Shown here: positions 47,805-57,218 of the stretch, in pieces
Position numbering within the stretch: the first letter of the stretch is position 1
Layout: each line of letters starts with the position of its first letter
The notes under the pieces: generated by a model
Database searches by the model: none
What the model was told of the DNA's origin: nothing
Seen by the model: the letters and a program-made list of their open reading frames with translations, nothing else
Position numbers and translations under genes: made by a program
DNA from: Akkermansia sp.
GTDB lineage: Bacteria; Verrucomicrobiota; Verrucomicrobiia; Verrucomicrobiales; Akkermansiaceae
DNA: 61,560 nt
Assembly: GCA_045634905.1 (NCBI GenBank)
Contig: JAZRBC010000197.1
Location: 1 to 61,560 of the forward strand
Reading direction: 5' to 3'

Positions 47805-48854
47805 ATGCTGGTACTGGGAATCGAGTCGAGTTGCGATGAAACCGCCGTGGCCCTCATGGAGGACACCGGCAGCGGTCAGCCGCAGCTGCTCAGCTCCGTC
47901 ATCTCCACCCAGATTCCCCTGCACCGCATGTATGGCGGTGTGATTCCTGAGCTGGCCTCCCGCAATCACTCCGCCAACCTTCCTGCCGTGCTGGCCGAAG
48001 CGCTGGAAAAAGCAGGCCGCAGCATTCACCAGGTGGATGTGTTCGCCAGCACTGCCGGCCCCGGACTTGTCGCAGCCCTGCTGGTGGGCAATACTGCGGC
48101 CAAGGCCCTGGCGCTGGCCGCGCACAAACCCTTTGTGGCAGTCAATCATCTGGAGGGGCATATGCTCTCTCCGTTCATCACTCACCCGGCAGGACTGGTA
48201 CCCCACCTGAGCCTGGTGGTAAGTGGTGGCCACAGCCTGCTCATTGATGTGAAAGGCCCCGGCGACTATACCCTCATGGGCCGCTCGCGTGATGACGCCG
48301 CCGGTGAAGCCTTTGACAAGGTGGCCAAGATGCTCGACCTTCCCTATCCCGGAGGGCCGGAAATTGATAAGCTGGCAGAAAAAGGCGACCCGGAACGCTT
48401 CAAGCTCCCGCGTCCCATGATGCACGAGGACCACCTGGACTTCTCCTTTTCGGGGCTCAAGACAGCTGTACTCTACACCCTGCCCAAGCTGGTGGAGAGC
48501 GGCAACCCGCATGACCTGGACGAACAGACCATGTGCGATTTATGCGCAGGGGTGCGCCAGGCCATCATCGATGTGCTGCTGCACAAAGCCATGAAAGCGC
48601 TGCGCAGAAGTCGTCACAAGGTACTTGCCGTTTCCGGTGGTGTTTCCTGCAACAGCGGCCTGCGCCGCCAGCTCAGGGAGATGTGCGACCGCCGCCGCAT
48701 AGAGCTCATTCTGCCACCGAACAGCCTGACCACCGACAACGCCGCCATGATTGCCTTTGCCGGTATGCTCCGGGCCCGAAGCGGTGATTTTTCGCCACTT
48801 GACACACCCGTTGACCCGAACATGAAACTCGCTGGTGTCCAGCTCCGCAAATAA
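47805..48854 (+). CDS. tsaD: tRNA N6-threonylcarbamoyltransferase
   Basis: GIESSCDET, GGVIPELASRNH, NHLEGH, VSGGHS, DDAAGEAFDK, TDNAAMI. Confidence 0.97.
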   Translation: MLVLGIESSCDETAVALMEDTGSGQPQLLSSVISTQIPLHRMYGGVIPELASRNHSANLPAVLAEALEKAGRSIHQVDVFASTAGPGLVAALLVGNTAAKALALAAHKPFVAVNHLEGHMLSPFITHPAGLVPHLSLVVSGGHSLLIDVKGPGDYTLMGRSRDDAAGEAFDKVAKMLDLPYPGGPEIDKLAEKGDPERFKLPRPMMHEDHLDFSFSGLKTAVLYTLPKLVESGNPHDLDEQTMCDLCAGVRQAIIDVLLHKAMKALRRSRHKVLAVSGGVSCNSGLRRQLREMCDRRRIELILPPNSLTTDNAAMIAFAGMLRARSGDFSPLDTPVDPNMKLAGVQLRK

Positions 48855-48856
48855 CC

Positions 48857-49744
48857 ATGGGTCTCAGAGAAAAGCTCAACGAAATTCTGCCCACGCTCCT
48901 GCCGGAAACAGCAGACAACGCTATTAAGGGAAAGGAACTCATCGCACGCGTACGCGCGGTGCTGGGCGATGCGTATTCCGACCACTCCCTGCGCTCCCAG
49001 TTCTCCTTCATGGTGCTGGATGCAGAATCCTGCCTGGCACGCGTGGAGAACGGCCAGGGCTACTACCTGCGAAGTGAGGGCGAAGAACCGAGTCTGCAGA
49101 ACGTCTTTGGCGGCAATGCCGAAGGCGAAACCATGCTGCACAAGGCCATGGCTCTGGCGGTGCGCCTGTACGATACAGCCGGCCAGGGGGTGTTTGTCTA
49201 CCCGGTGGACGGCGAGGAAAGCTGGGCGCACCCCGATTTAGTGGCGGTGCAATGGCCCTCCGGCGCATGGGATGCCGAAGGGGCCTATATCATGGAAGGC
49301 GATGAGACAGAGCTTTCCTTCCGAGCTATCTGCGTGGGCTTTGCTGAGGACGAGGAGAGCTGCCGCCAGGCATTTTTCCGAGCGCTGGCCTGCGGCCAGT
49401 GGGCGCAGGAATGCGAACTGCTGCTGCTGCCCGGCGCAAGCAATGAGGAAGAATTGACTGACCTGGCCGCTCGCTACGGCGTAGGTATACGATGCCTGGA
49501 TGCCGATGAGGAATCTCTGGAGAACATGCCGCGCGCCGATGAGATTTTCCGCCTGAGTACAGATGAAGCCCGCACCCTGCTGGCAAGTCTGCCACAGACC
49601 ACCCTGGCCCGTCCGCGGCACCGTCTGCTTTCCGAGCGGGCTGCAGCTGCCATGCCGGATGCCGCAGTCGTGCTCCAGTGGGCGCACGGGTGTGCCGCGC
49701 GGGGCCGGGTCGAATCCTACGAACACCGCGTAGCTGTAAATTGA
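48857..49744 (+). CDS. HrgA/COG2958-like protein: N-terminal wHTH plus degenerate PD-(D/E)XK fold
   Basis: WAHPDLVAV, RQAFFRA...WAQE, RYGVGI resemble HrgA-family W.HPDIVG, FQAVSNSSWANEG, FGIGV. Confidence 0.6.
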   Translation: MGLREKLNEILPTLLPETADNAIKGKELIARVRAVLGDAYSDHSLRSQFSFMVLDAESCLARVENGQGYYLRSEGEEPSLQNVFGGNAEGETMLHKAMALAVRLYDTAGQGVFVYPVDGEESWAHPDLVAVQWPSGAWDAEGAYIMEGDETELSFRAICVGFAEDEESCRQAFFRALACGQWAQECELLLLPGASNEEELTDLAARYGVGIRCLDADEESLENMPRADEIFRLSTDEARTLLASLPQTTLARPRHRLLSERAAAAMPDAAVVLQWAHGCAARGRVESYEHRVAVN

Positions 49745-49745
49745 T

Positions 49746-50339
49746 ATGCTGAGAATGATGTTCAGACGTCTGGCTGGCAGACGAGCTAACAGGTTGTTCC
49801 TGCTGGCGGGTGTGCTGCTTACCCTCGGCGCCCTCTACCAGCTTCTCCGCACCGCCATGTACGTGAACGAAAGCGTAGTCGTCACCGCCACAGTGACTGA
49901 CGTGCGGCAGATGCCCTTTGAATCCACCGCTCAGGCATGGCAGAACGGGAACCTGGCCTGGGGGGGAGATACCTCTTACCTGGCCATCGTCCGGTATACG
50001 CTGCCAAACGGCATGGTCATCAATCGGCTGATGACCGATGCAGACGATACGGACTACACCATCGGGCAGCAGATTGAAGTCATCACCCCGGAGCTGGACC
50101 CGAGCCAGGCGCATGTGTACAAGTGGAAATTCATCTGGGGCTGGGAGTGTATGCAGCTGAGTGCCGGCGCGCTGGCGCTCCTGCTCTGGCTGGCTCTCCG
50201 CGAACGCAAGACGAAAGCCGCCGCCGCACCGGCCAGCCGGGCCCCGCGTAAGAAATCCGGCAGTGCAGGCCGCAGGAAAAAAGCTGCAACAGAAGCGGCA
50301 CCACGCAAGCGGGCTCCCCGCAAGAAAAAACAAGCCTGA
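49746..50339 (+). CDS. DUF3592-like membrane protein with basic tail
   Basis: TM - ATVTDV...VRYTLPNG...YTIGQQIEV..P..PSQA - TM architecture. Confidence 0.7.
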   Translation: MLRMMFRRLAGRRANRLFLLAGVLLTLGALYQLLRTAMYVNESVVVTATVTDVRQMPFESTAQAWQNGNLAWGGDTSYLAIVRYTLPNGMVINRLMTDADDTDYTIGQQIEVITPELDPSQAHVYKWKFIWGWECMQLSAGALALLLWLALRERKTKAAAAPASRAPRKKSGSAGRRKKAATEAAPRKRAPRKKKQA

Positions 50340-50350
50340 TTTTTTTTGCC

Positions 50351-52078
50351 ATGGCGCAGATGCATTCGCGAATCCCCGTGAGCCACATGCAGCGCGGCGA
50401 GCTGCTGGTGTTCGAAGCCATGGCCCACCTGCCACATGACTGGGTCATCTTCCACAGCTGTAAGGAGGACTACCGGGAAGACGAGCGCTATGTCCATTTC
50501 GAAGCGGATTTTGTTCTGCTGATACCGGGGCGGGGAATCGTGGTTATCGAAGTGAAGGACTGGCCGGAAATGCAAGTGCAGAACGGTCGCTGGCAGAGCA
50601 GAAAAAACAGCGGGGAACCGTGGAAAACGCACACTCAATCGCCGCTGGAACAAGCCAATATAGCCCTGCAGAAACTCATGCGCAGTCTCGCGCGCTGTGG
50701 CTGCATTCCGCAGAATCCGAACCGCTGGCCTGAGCACCGCCATCTGGCCGTACTCACCAGGGTAACTCCCGTGCAGCTGGAAGGGCACAATATCCCCTTC
50801 GGTTCACTCTATCTCTGCGGCACAGACGATTTGCAGCAGCATATCGAAGCGCTGTTCATCCGGCAGGCTTCCGGGCAGATGTCGCAGGCGCGAGTGCAGA
50901 AAATTGCTGAAGCTCTGGCCCCGAGCGTTCTTTTCCGCATGAGTCTGGAAAATTACCTGCAGGAAATGGATGCTTCCGCAGGCCATATACTCCGCCTCCT
51001 GCCGGCTCTTCATGAAAGCACAGGCGGTATCCGGGTGGAAGGCTGCGCCGGTACCGGCAAAACCGTCATCGCCTGCGCAGAGGCTGCCCGGCAGGCTTCC
51101 GGATTGCCGGCAACCGGGCAGCACCGTATCCTGATGCTCTGCTTCAACCACGCCATGGCCTATGAACTGCAGCAGCACCCGCTGCTTGCAGAGCACGCAG
51201 ACAAGGTGCTGGTGAGTACATTCCACGATTTCTGCATCACCCACATTCTCGAGCCCGGAGGTCTGGCCTATCTGGTCAACTACACGCGAGACGGTGATCG
51301 CCTGCCCGCCGCCGCTCTCCAGGAAATAGAGAAGCATATCCCGGATTTACCTCACTATGATGCCATCTTTGTGGACGAAGCTCAGGATTTCCGGGAAGCC
51401 TGGTGGCGAATCATCCGCGGCCTGCTCATTCCCGGTGGAAAGTTCTACATCTTTGCGGATAAACACCAGGACTTATATGACCGCTATGACCAGCTGCCGG
51501 AGCTGTGCACGCGCATACGCCTGAGCACCAACCTGCGCAATGCTCAGCAGATTGCAGGATTCAGCCGCGCCCTGCTCCCGGAGGACGCAGGAGAAATCGG
51601 CATTCTGCCCATGACCGGGGCGGGCATCCACCTTTCACCTCCTGCAGATACCCCGGAAGAACGAGCCGGGGAGGTCAGTCGCATCATCGCCCATATCCGC
51701 AGCACACAACCCGGCATCCGCTCACGAGATATCGTGGTGCTCTCTCCCTGGCGGACCAGCCACCCGCGCTGCAGCCTGAACCTGATTCCGGAGCTGGCCA
51801 CTGCACCAGCCGATGAATCACCGGCAGAAGCCGCCGAGAGACGCGCCGCCTGCCGCCGCCCGGATGCCGCAAAGATTTTTGCATCCACCATCAAATCCTT
51901 CAAGGGCCAGGAAGCAGCCTGCATCATTGTAACAGATATCATCGGTCTGGGGGAAAGCCGTGGCTTCGACATGAAGGAACTCTACACAGCCTGTACGCGG
52001 GCTCGTTACGGTCTCTACCTAGTCTCCACCTCTGCCGGCTGGCAGCTCGTCAATACCTTTGCCGCGTCCCGCACATGA
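50351..52078 (+). CDS. NERD nuclease domain fused to superfamily I helicase
   Basis: EADFV...VIEVK; GCAGTGKT, IFVDEAQD, NLRN, TIKSFKGQE, LYTACTRAR. Confidence 0.88.
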   Translation: MAQMHSRIPVSHMQRGELLVFEAMAHLPHDWVIFHSCKEDYREDERYVHFEADFVLLIPGRGIVVIEVKDWPEMQVQNGRWQSRKNSGEPWKTHTQSPLEQANIALQKLMRSLARCGCIPQNPNRWPEHRHLAVLTRVTPVQLEGHNIPFGSLYLCGTDDLQQHIEALFIRQASGQMSQARVQKIAEALAPSVLFRMSLENYLQEMDASAGHILRLLPALHESTGGIRVEGCAGTGKTVIACAEAARQASGLPATGQHRILMLCFNHAMAYELQQHPLLAEHADKVLVSTFHDFCITHILEPGGLAYLVNYTRDGDRLPAAALQEIEKHIPDLPHYDAIFVDEAQDFREAWWRIIRGLLIPGGKFYIFADKHQDLYDRYDQLPELCTRIRLSTNLRNAQQIAGFSRALLPEDAGEIGILPMTGAGIHLSPPADTPEERAGEVSRIIAHIRSTQPGIRSRDIVVLSPWRTSHPRCSLNLIPELATAPADESPAEAAERRAACRRPDAAKIFASTIKSFKGQEAACIIVTDIIGLGESRGFDMKELYTACTRARYGLYLVSTSAGWQLVNTFAASRT

Positions 52079-52227
52079 AAATCCTCCCGCTGCTCCTCAT
52101 CGTCACCTCGACTCTGCTCAGCTCTTGCCGCGGCATGGCCCAGGGCCCCTACAAGAATTACCGCATCAGCCATGACGAAGCCATTCCCGTCTGCCAGATG
52201 GGTGGAGCCCCGTGGAACAGCCACTGA
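52075..52227 (+). CDS. 50-aa lipoprotein (absent from ORF track)
   Basis: MKILPLLLIVTSTLLSSC lipobox; ATGA overlap with helicase stop. Confidence 0.65.
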   Translation: MKILPLLLIVTSTLLSSCRGMAQGPYKNYRISHDEAIPVCQMGGAPWNSH

Positions 52228-52254
52228 ATCAATGCCGCGATTTCCAATGACACA

Positions 52255-52285
52255 CGAGGCCGGTTCCCGACTGGAACCGGCCTCG
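52255..52285. terminator. Hairpin between convergent genes
   Basis: cgaggccggttcc-cgact-ggaaccggcctcg perfect 13-bp stem; no clear T tract. Confidence 0.6.
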
Positions 52286-52307
52286 CGGCATTGATATAAC
52301 AGGAGAT

Positions 52308-55268
52308 TTACTTCGCCTCAGGAGCAGTAATCTGCACCGGTACCTTTACTTCGGGAAGGCCTTCGGCCTTGATGGTCACGGTGGCTGTACCGCTCGCTCC
52401 AGGAAGCGAACGCACTACCGCCAGAATACGGCCGTTGAAGAACTTCTGCTCCGGGTCCTGCATGCAAGTGTGGTCTATGGGGTTACCATTGCAGAAGCCG
52501 GCCAGCACAGCGGGGCCCTCGATGCTGAAGCTCACCTTGCGGCAATCCGTGGGAACCACATTCCCCTGAGCATCTGTCAGCGCAAGTGAGATGTAGCTGA
52601 GGTCATGCCCGTCACCAGCAATGGTGCTGCGGTCAACCTGAGTCATCACGGCGGCAGAGTCGCCCGTAGTCACACGCTTGGCGGTAGCCCAGGGCTTGCC
52701 GTCCTTCTTCACCACCACCTCCACGGTACCGGGTTCATAAACGACATCCTCCCAGGAGAAACGGTACTGGTTTCTGCTCACCACAAGGCTCTTATCCTTC
52801 TGGGTGAAGGTAGGGCCATCGCCGCGGCGGCGTACACCCTGGCTCTTGCCATTCACGAAGAGTTCCGCTTCATCGCCACTGGTGAACACCATCACCGGGG
52901 TCTTCTGCCCCTCACGGCCCTTCCAGTTCCAGTGCGGCAGGATATGGGCCATCTTCTTCTCCGGATTCCACTGGCTCTGGTAGAGGTAGTAGATATCCTT
53001 CGGGAAACCGGCCAGGTCAATGAGGCCGAAGTAGGAGCTGCGGCTCGGAGCCTTGTTGCCCATAGCCTTCAGCTGCTCCATAGCGGCCTTCTTCTCTGCC
53101 TCGCTGGCACCGATGAAGTTACCGATGTTGGAAGCATCCTGGTTGTAGGGTGTGGGCTCACCGATGTAGTCGAAACCGGTCCACACGTACTCACCCGCCA
53201 GGTCAGGAGCCTTGGTGTGGGCGTGCATCTCGATATCCGGGCAGGAACCCCAGCCGGTGGAGGAAAGAGCATAGCTGCTCACCTGGAAATAGCGGGCACC
53301 GCTGTGAACATCCCATTTCATCGGGAAGAAGTAGGTATCGCGGGTGGACACACAGCTGCAGGTCTCCGAACCGTAATAGGGCTGCTCGGGATGCTTCACA
53401 CGGAAATCCCCATAAAGATGCGGCTTGTAGTTCAGGCCATACACATCCATGGTGTCGGAGAAACCATTCTTGTAGGCTCGCATATCATTGCAGCCCACAG
53501 TGTAGGGACGAGTGGTATCATACTTGCGCACTTCGTCACGCAGGTTGACAGCGGTCTCCAGATTCTTCTTGTGCTTCGCGGGGTCATTGTGCCCCTGCTC
53601 CGGAATTTCGTTGCCACCGCTCCAGGCAATGATGGAGGGATGGTTACGGTCGCGCAGCATGAAGTTACGCACGTCCTTCTGCCACCACTCCGGCCAGTAG
53701 AGGTGGTAGCCGTTCACCTTGTCGTACTTCTGGTTCTTCCAGATATCGAAGAGCTCATCAATGACCAGAATACCGTGCTTGTCGCAGAGGTCGAGAACCT
53801 CGGGTGCGGGCGGGTTGTGGGTCATGCGGATGGAGTTGCAGCCCATTTCCTTGAGAATCTCAATCTTGCGCTCATAGCCACGGGCATGGAAGGCAGAACC
53901 GAGGGCTCCCAGGTCATGGTGCTCGCACACACCCTTGAGCTTCACTTTCTCACCGTTCAGGTAGAAGCCGTCCTTCTTCCACTCCGCAGTGCGCACACCG
54001 AAGGAGCTTTCCTTGCTGTCCACCTGTTTACCATTCACCAGAATGCTGGTCTGCATGGCATACAGATGCGGGTTTTCCATACTCCACAGCTCAGGATTAT
54101 AGAGGCGGATTTCCTGTTCTACCGTGCCGGTTGTGCCGGGTTCCAGGGTAATGGTGGCGGGCTGAGCCTGCATTCCTTCAACAGACTGCTGCACGGTGAT
54201 TTCAGCTTCCTCGCTGCCTGTATTCTCCACCGTGGTCTGCACCTTCACCTGGGCATAGTCCTTCCTGATTTCAGGGGTGGTGATGAAGGTAGGCCACTGG
54301 GCAAGGTGCACAGGTGAAGTCTTTTCCAACCACACGTGGCGGTAGATACCGGCACCGGGATACCAGCGGGTGGAAAGCGGCAGGTTGCTGGCCATCACAG
54401 CCACCAGGTTGTCCTTGCCGGCTTCGAGGTAGGGAGTGATATCCACTCGGAAAGAATTATAGCCGTATGCCCACTCCCCGGCCTTCCTGCCATTCACATA
54501 CACCTGAGGATTAGCCATCACACCGTCGAAATCCAGGTAATAGCGATCCTTCTTTGCACTGAAATCAGCGGGTACGGCAAAGCTCTTGCGGTACCAGCCC
54601 CAGCCATTCCAGGGCAGCTTGCCGGTTTCATTCGGCTCATCCATGAGGAAGGGACTCTCAATAGCCCAGTCGTGCGGCAGCTGCACATTCTTGAAGTCGG
54701 ATTCATCGGCACCAACCTCAGCATAGGCCGTAGCAGGAAGCCCCTTCTGCACATGCAGCGGCTGGTTGTCCATGCCGGTGAACATCACCTCACGGATACT
54801 GGCCCAGCTGGCAATATGGGTACCGCCCACGCGAATCTTGATGGATTTCACGGGCTTGCCGCCCAAATCGATGAAGGAAGCAGCCTGGTGGCCTACGTTG
54901 ATAATCTGCTGAGTTTCAGAATCACCGTGGTCAATCTTGACAATGGCGGTCAGGTTATTCCGCTGTTCCCAGTAAATGACAGCCATCTTGACGGGATCCT
55001 TGAAACCGGGACGGATGAGAAGATAATGCCCGTCGTACTGATCCTTGGCGCACCAGCGGGTCATCAGGTCGCCATCCACCGCATAGGAAGCTGGGTGCGT
55101 GCCTTGGTGAGAATCCGCATACACTGGAACGCCTGCCTCAGCAGGGTCTCCGGGGCCACAATACTTGAACTTCCAGCCAAAATCAAAAGATTCCCGCTCG
55201 CCGGCACCGGCACTTGCCACACTAAAAGCCAGCAGCGGCAGTATGTATTTAGATTTCATCATACTCAT
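52308..55268 (-). CDS. GH2 beta-galactosidase with inserted CBM32/F5-8 type C domain
   Basis: Signal peptide, LPHDWAIE, EYGY-like AYGYNSF, RWYPGAGIYR, HHDLGALG, NHPSIIAWSGGNE, WTGFDYIGEPTP. Confidence 0.93.
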   Translation of the reverse strand: MSMMKSKYILPLLAFSVASAGAGERESFDFGWKFKYCGPGDPAEAGVPVYADSHQGTHPASYAVDGDLMTRWCAKDQYDGHYLLIRPGFKDPVKMAVIYWEQRNNLTAIVKIDHGDSETQQIINVGHQAASFIDLGGKPVKSIKIRVGGTHIASWASIREVMFTGMDNQPLHVQKGLPATAYAEVGADESDFKNVQLPHDWAIESPFLMDEPNETGKLPWNGWGWYRKSFAVPADFSAKKDRYYLDFDGVMANPQVYVNGRKAGEWAYGYNSFRVDITPYLEAGKDNLVAVMASNLPLSTRWYPGAGIYRHVWLEKTSPVHLAQWPTFITTPEIRKDYAQVKVQTTVENTGSEEAEITVQQSVEGMQAQPATITLEPGTTGTVEQEIRLYNPELWSMENPHLYAMQTSILVNGKQVDSKESSFGVRTAEWKKDGFYLNGEKVKLKGVCEHHDLGALGSAFHARGYERKIEILKEMGCNSIRMTHNPPAPEVLDLCDKHGILVIDELFDIWKNQKYDKVNGYHLYWPEWWQKDVRNFMLRDRNHPSIIAWSGGNEIPEQGHNDPAKHKKNLETAVNLRDEVRKYDTTRPYTVGCNDMRAYKNGFSDTMDVYGLNYKPHLYGDFRVKHPEQPYYGSETCSCVSTRDTYFFPMKWDVHSGARYFQVSSYALSSTGWGSCPDIEMHAHTKAPDLAGEYVWTGFDYIGEPTPYNQDASNIGNFIGASEAEKKAAMEQLKAMGNKAPSRSSYFGLIDLAGFPKDIYYLYQSQWNPEKKMAHILPHWNWKGREGQKTPVMVFTSGDEAELFVNGKSQGVRRRGDGPTFTQKDKSLVVSRNQYRFSWEDVVYEPGTVEVVVKKDGKPWATAKRVTTGDSAAVMTQVDRSTIAGDGHDLSYISLALTDAQGNVVPTDCRKVSFSIEGPAVLAGFCNGNPIDHTCMQDPEQKFFNGRILAVVRSLPGASGTATVTIKAEGLPEVKVPVQITAPEAK

Positions 55269-55359
55269 AGATACACTCTATTCTAGCATTATATTTCGTG
55301 GTGTAAATAAAAAAATCCGGATGAGCCCTCCACGTCGGTCAAAAATGAGGAATTATGTC

Positions 55360-55387
55360 TTGCAAATTTCCCCTTATCAGATATAAT
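55360..55387 (+). promoter_or_regulatory. Sigma70-type promoter
   Basis: TTGCAA-16-TATAAT. Confidence 0.6.
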
Positions 55388-55412
55388 CAATGCAACGCAT
55401 TTTTCTATCATC

Positions 55413-56336
55413 ATGAAAGTACTCATCACCGGCGGCGCCGGCTTCATCGGGTCTCATATTGCTGAGCATTATCAGGGTATCGCAGAGGAAATCCGCGTGC
55501 TGGACAACCTGCGTACCGGCTACAAGAAGAATCTGGACGGTCTTGACGTGACCTTCATCGAAGGTTCCATCACTGACCGCGAACTCGTAGCCAAAGCAGT
55601 GGAAGGCGTGGACTACATTTTCCACATGGCTGCCATGGTTTCCGTGCCGGAGTCCATGCAGAAGCCCCGCGAAACTGTTGACCTGAACGTAAACGGCCTG
55701 CTCACCGTGCTGGAAGAAGCGTCCAAGGCCGGCGTGAAGAAGGTAGTGCTTGCCTCCTCTGCCGCCATCTACGGCGATAACCCCATCGTCCCCAAGGTGG
55801 AGACCATGTACCCCGAGCCCAAGAGCCCCTACGGCATCACCAAGCTCGACGGTGAGTACTACATGGAGATGTTCCGCACGACCGGCCAGGTGAATACTGG
55901 CTGCTGCCGTTTCTTCAACGTGTTCGGTCCCCGTCAGGATCCGAAGGGTGCCTACGCCGCCGCTGTGCCGATTTTCATGGAAAAGGCCATCAAGGGCGAA
56001 GACATCACCGTATTCGGTGATGGCGAGCAGACGCGCGACTTCATCTACGTGAAGGACATTGTGGGCGGCCTTACCTTTGTGGCTGAGCACCCCGAAGTGA
56101 CCGGCGTGTACAACGTGGGCTACGGTGGTCAGATTACCATCAACGACCTCGCCAACATCATCATCGATGCCGCTGGCTCCAGCTCCAAGGTGGTGCACCT
56201 GCCCGAGCGCCCCGGCGATGTGAAGCACTCCCGCTCCTGCGCTGATAAGCTGCGCAACGCCGGCTGGGCTCCCAAGCACACGCTGGAAGAAGGTCTCAAG
56301 ACCACGCTTGAGTACTTCACGAGCGTCACCAAGTAA
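55413..56336 (+). CDS. NAD-dependent nucleotide-sugar epimerase (UDP-Glc/GlcNAc 4-epimerase-like)
   Basis: TGGAGFIGSH, SSAAIYG, YGITK, FNVFGPRQD, GDGEQTRDF. Confidence 0.92.
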   Translation: MKVLITGGAGFIGSHIAEHYQGIAEEIRVLDNLRTGYKKNLDGLDVTFIEGSITDRELVAKAVEGVDYIFHMAAMVSVPESMQKPRETVDLNVNGLLTVLEEASKAGVKKVVLASSAAIYGDNPIVPKVETMYPEPKSPYGITKLDGEYYMEMFRTTGQVNTGCCRFFNVFGPRQDPKGAYAAAVPIFMEKAIKGEDITVFGDGEQTRDFIYVKDIVGGLTFVAEHPEVTGVYNVGYGGQITINDLANIIIDAAGSSSKVVHLPERPGDVKHSRSCADKLRNAGWAPKHTLEEGLKTTLEYFTSVTK

Positions 56337-56352
56337 ACCCTCTCTATCCCAC

Positions 56353-56383
56353 GCCGGGGTTCCTGTCGGAACCCCGGCTTTTT
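56353..56383 (+). terminator. Intrinsic terminator
   Basis: gccggggttcc-tgtc-ggaaccccggc plus T5. Confidence 0.82.
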
Positions 56384-56405
56384 ACTACCCAGACTCCATC
56401 CCTCC

Positions 56406-57092
56406 ATGTACGACGACGACTTCCGACCCCGGCAGAAAGCTGCAGATTTAGAAAAACTGGCAGCTGAACGCCTTGCAGAACTCCAGGCTGCCGGAGAGGA
56501 GCTGCACCCTGTGGTAAACAAGACTCGTAAGCTCGCCAGTAACTTCTGGGGCAGCGCGTGGATGAAACAACTCGCTCTCTGTGAGTCAGGCGGCATGTGT
56601 CTGGCACCGGGGCGCACTCTGTTGCGTCACGGCTGCGTACTCGACTTACATATCGCGCCCTGTTGCATCAGAGCACGCGTGAGCGCTGAGGAATTATACG
56701 AAGTCGAGCTCCGGCTGAATCCGCTGAGCGATGAGAAACAGGAGAATCTGGCCGACAGTTGCTGCGGGCACATTGATTCACACATGGCTTTGCTCGAAGG
56801 AAAGGTGGATGCCGCCGTGCTGGAGCTGCTCTGCCACCCCGAAACCGGGCTTCTCCCAACTCCGTCCGACTGGCACATGAGCTGCACCTGCCCGGATTGG
56901 GCCGAACCATGCCCTCACGCCGCAGCTGCCATCTACGCAGCCGGCTGCCTCATCGATTCCGACCCTCAGCTACTCTTCACGCTGAGAGGTATAAAGCCTG
57001 ATGCCCTGCTGCAGTCCGCCTCAACCACTGAAATCAATACAGAGGCACTCTCTGCCCTGTTTGACATTGAACTGGACTTACCTGCCGACTAA
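56406..57092 (+). CDS. SWIM zinc-finger protein
   Basis: CTCPDWAEPCPH, FWGSAW, DPQLLFTLRG. Confidence 0.85.
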   Translation: MYDDDFRPRQKAADLEKLAAERLAELQAAGEELHPVVNKTRKLASNFWGSAWMKQLALCESGGMCLAPGRTLLRHGCVLDLHIAPCCIRARVSAEELYEVELRLNPLSDEKQENLADSCCGHIDSHMALLEGKVDAAVLELLCHPETGLLPTPSDWHMSCTCPDWAEPCPHAAAAIYAAGCLIDSDPQLLFTLRGIKPDALLQSASTTEINTEALSALFDIELDLPAD

Positions 57093-57140
57093 TCACTACT
57101 GCAACGCTCGGAAAAATATGACAGATCAGATGTTTTCAGC

Positions 57141-57169
57141 TTGCGTATTCTGGAATCATTCGATATAAT
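57141..57169 (+). promoter_or_regulatory. Promoter of fur-like/sufCBD operon
   Basis: TTGCGT-17-TATAAT. Confidence 0.65.
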
Positions 57170-57218
57170 ACGCGCATACCGACTTATGATTAGTTCCAAA
57201 TCAAGTAATCCCCGAACC

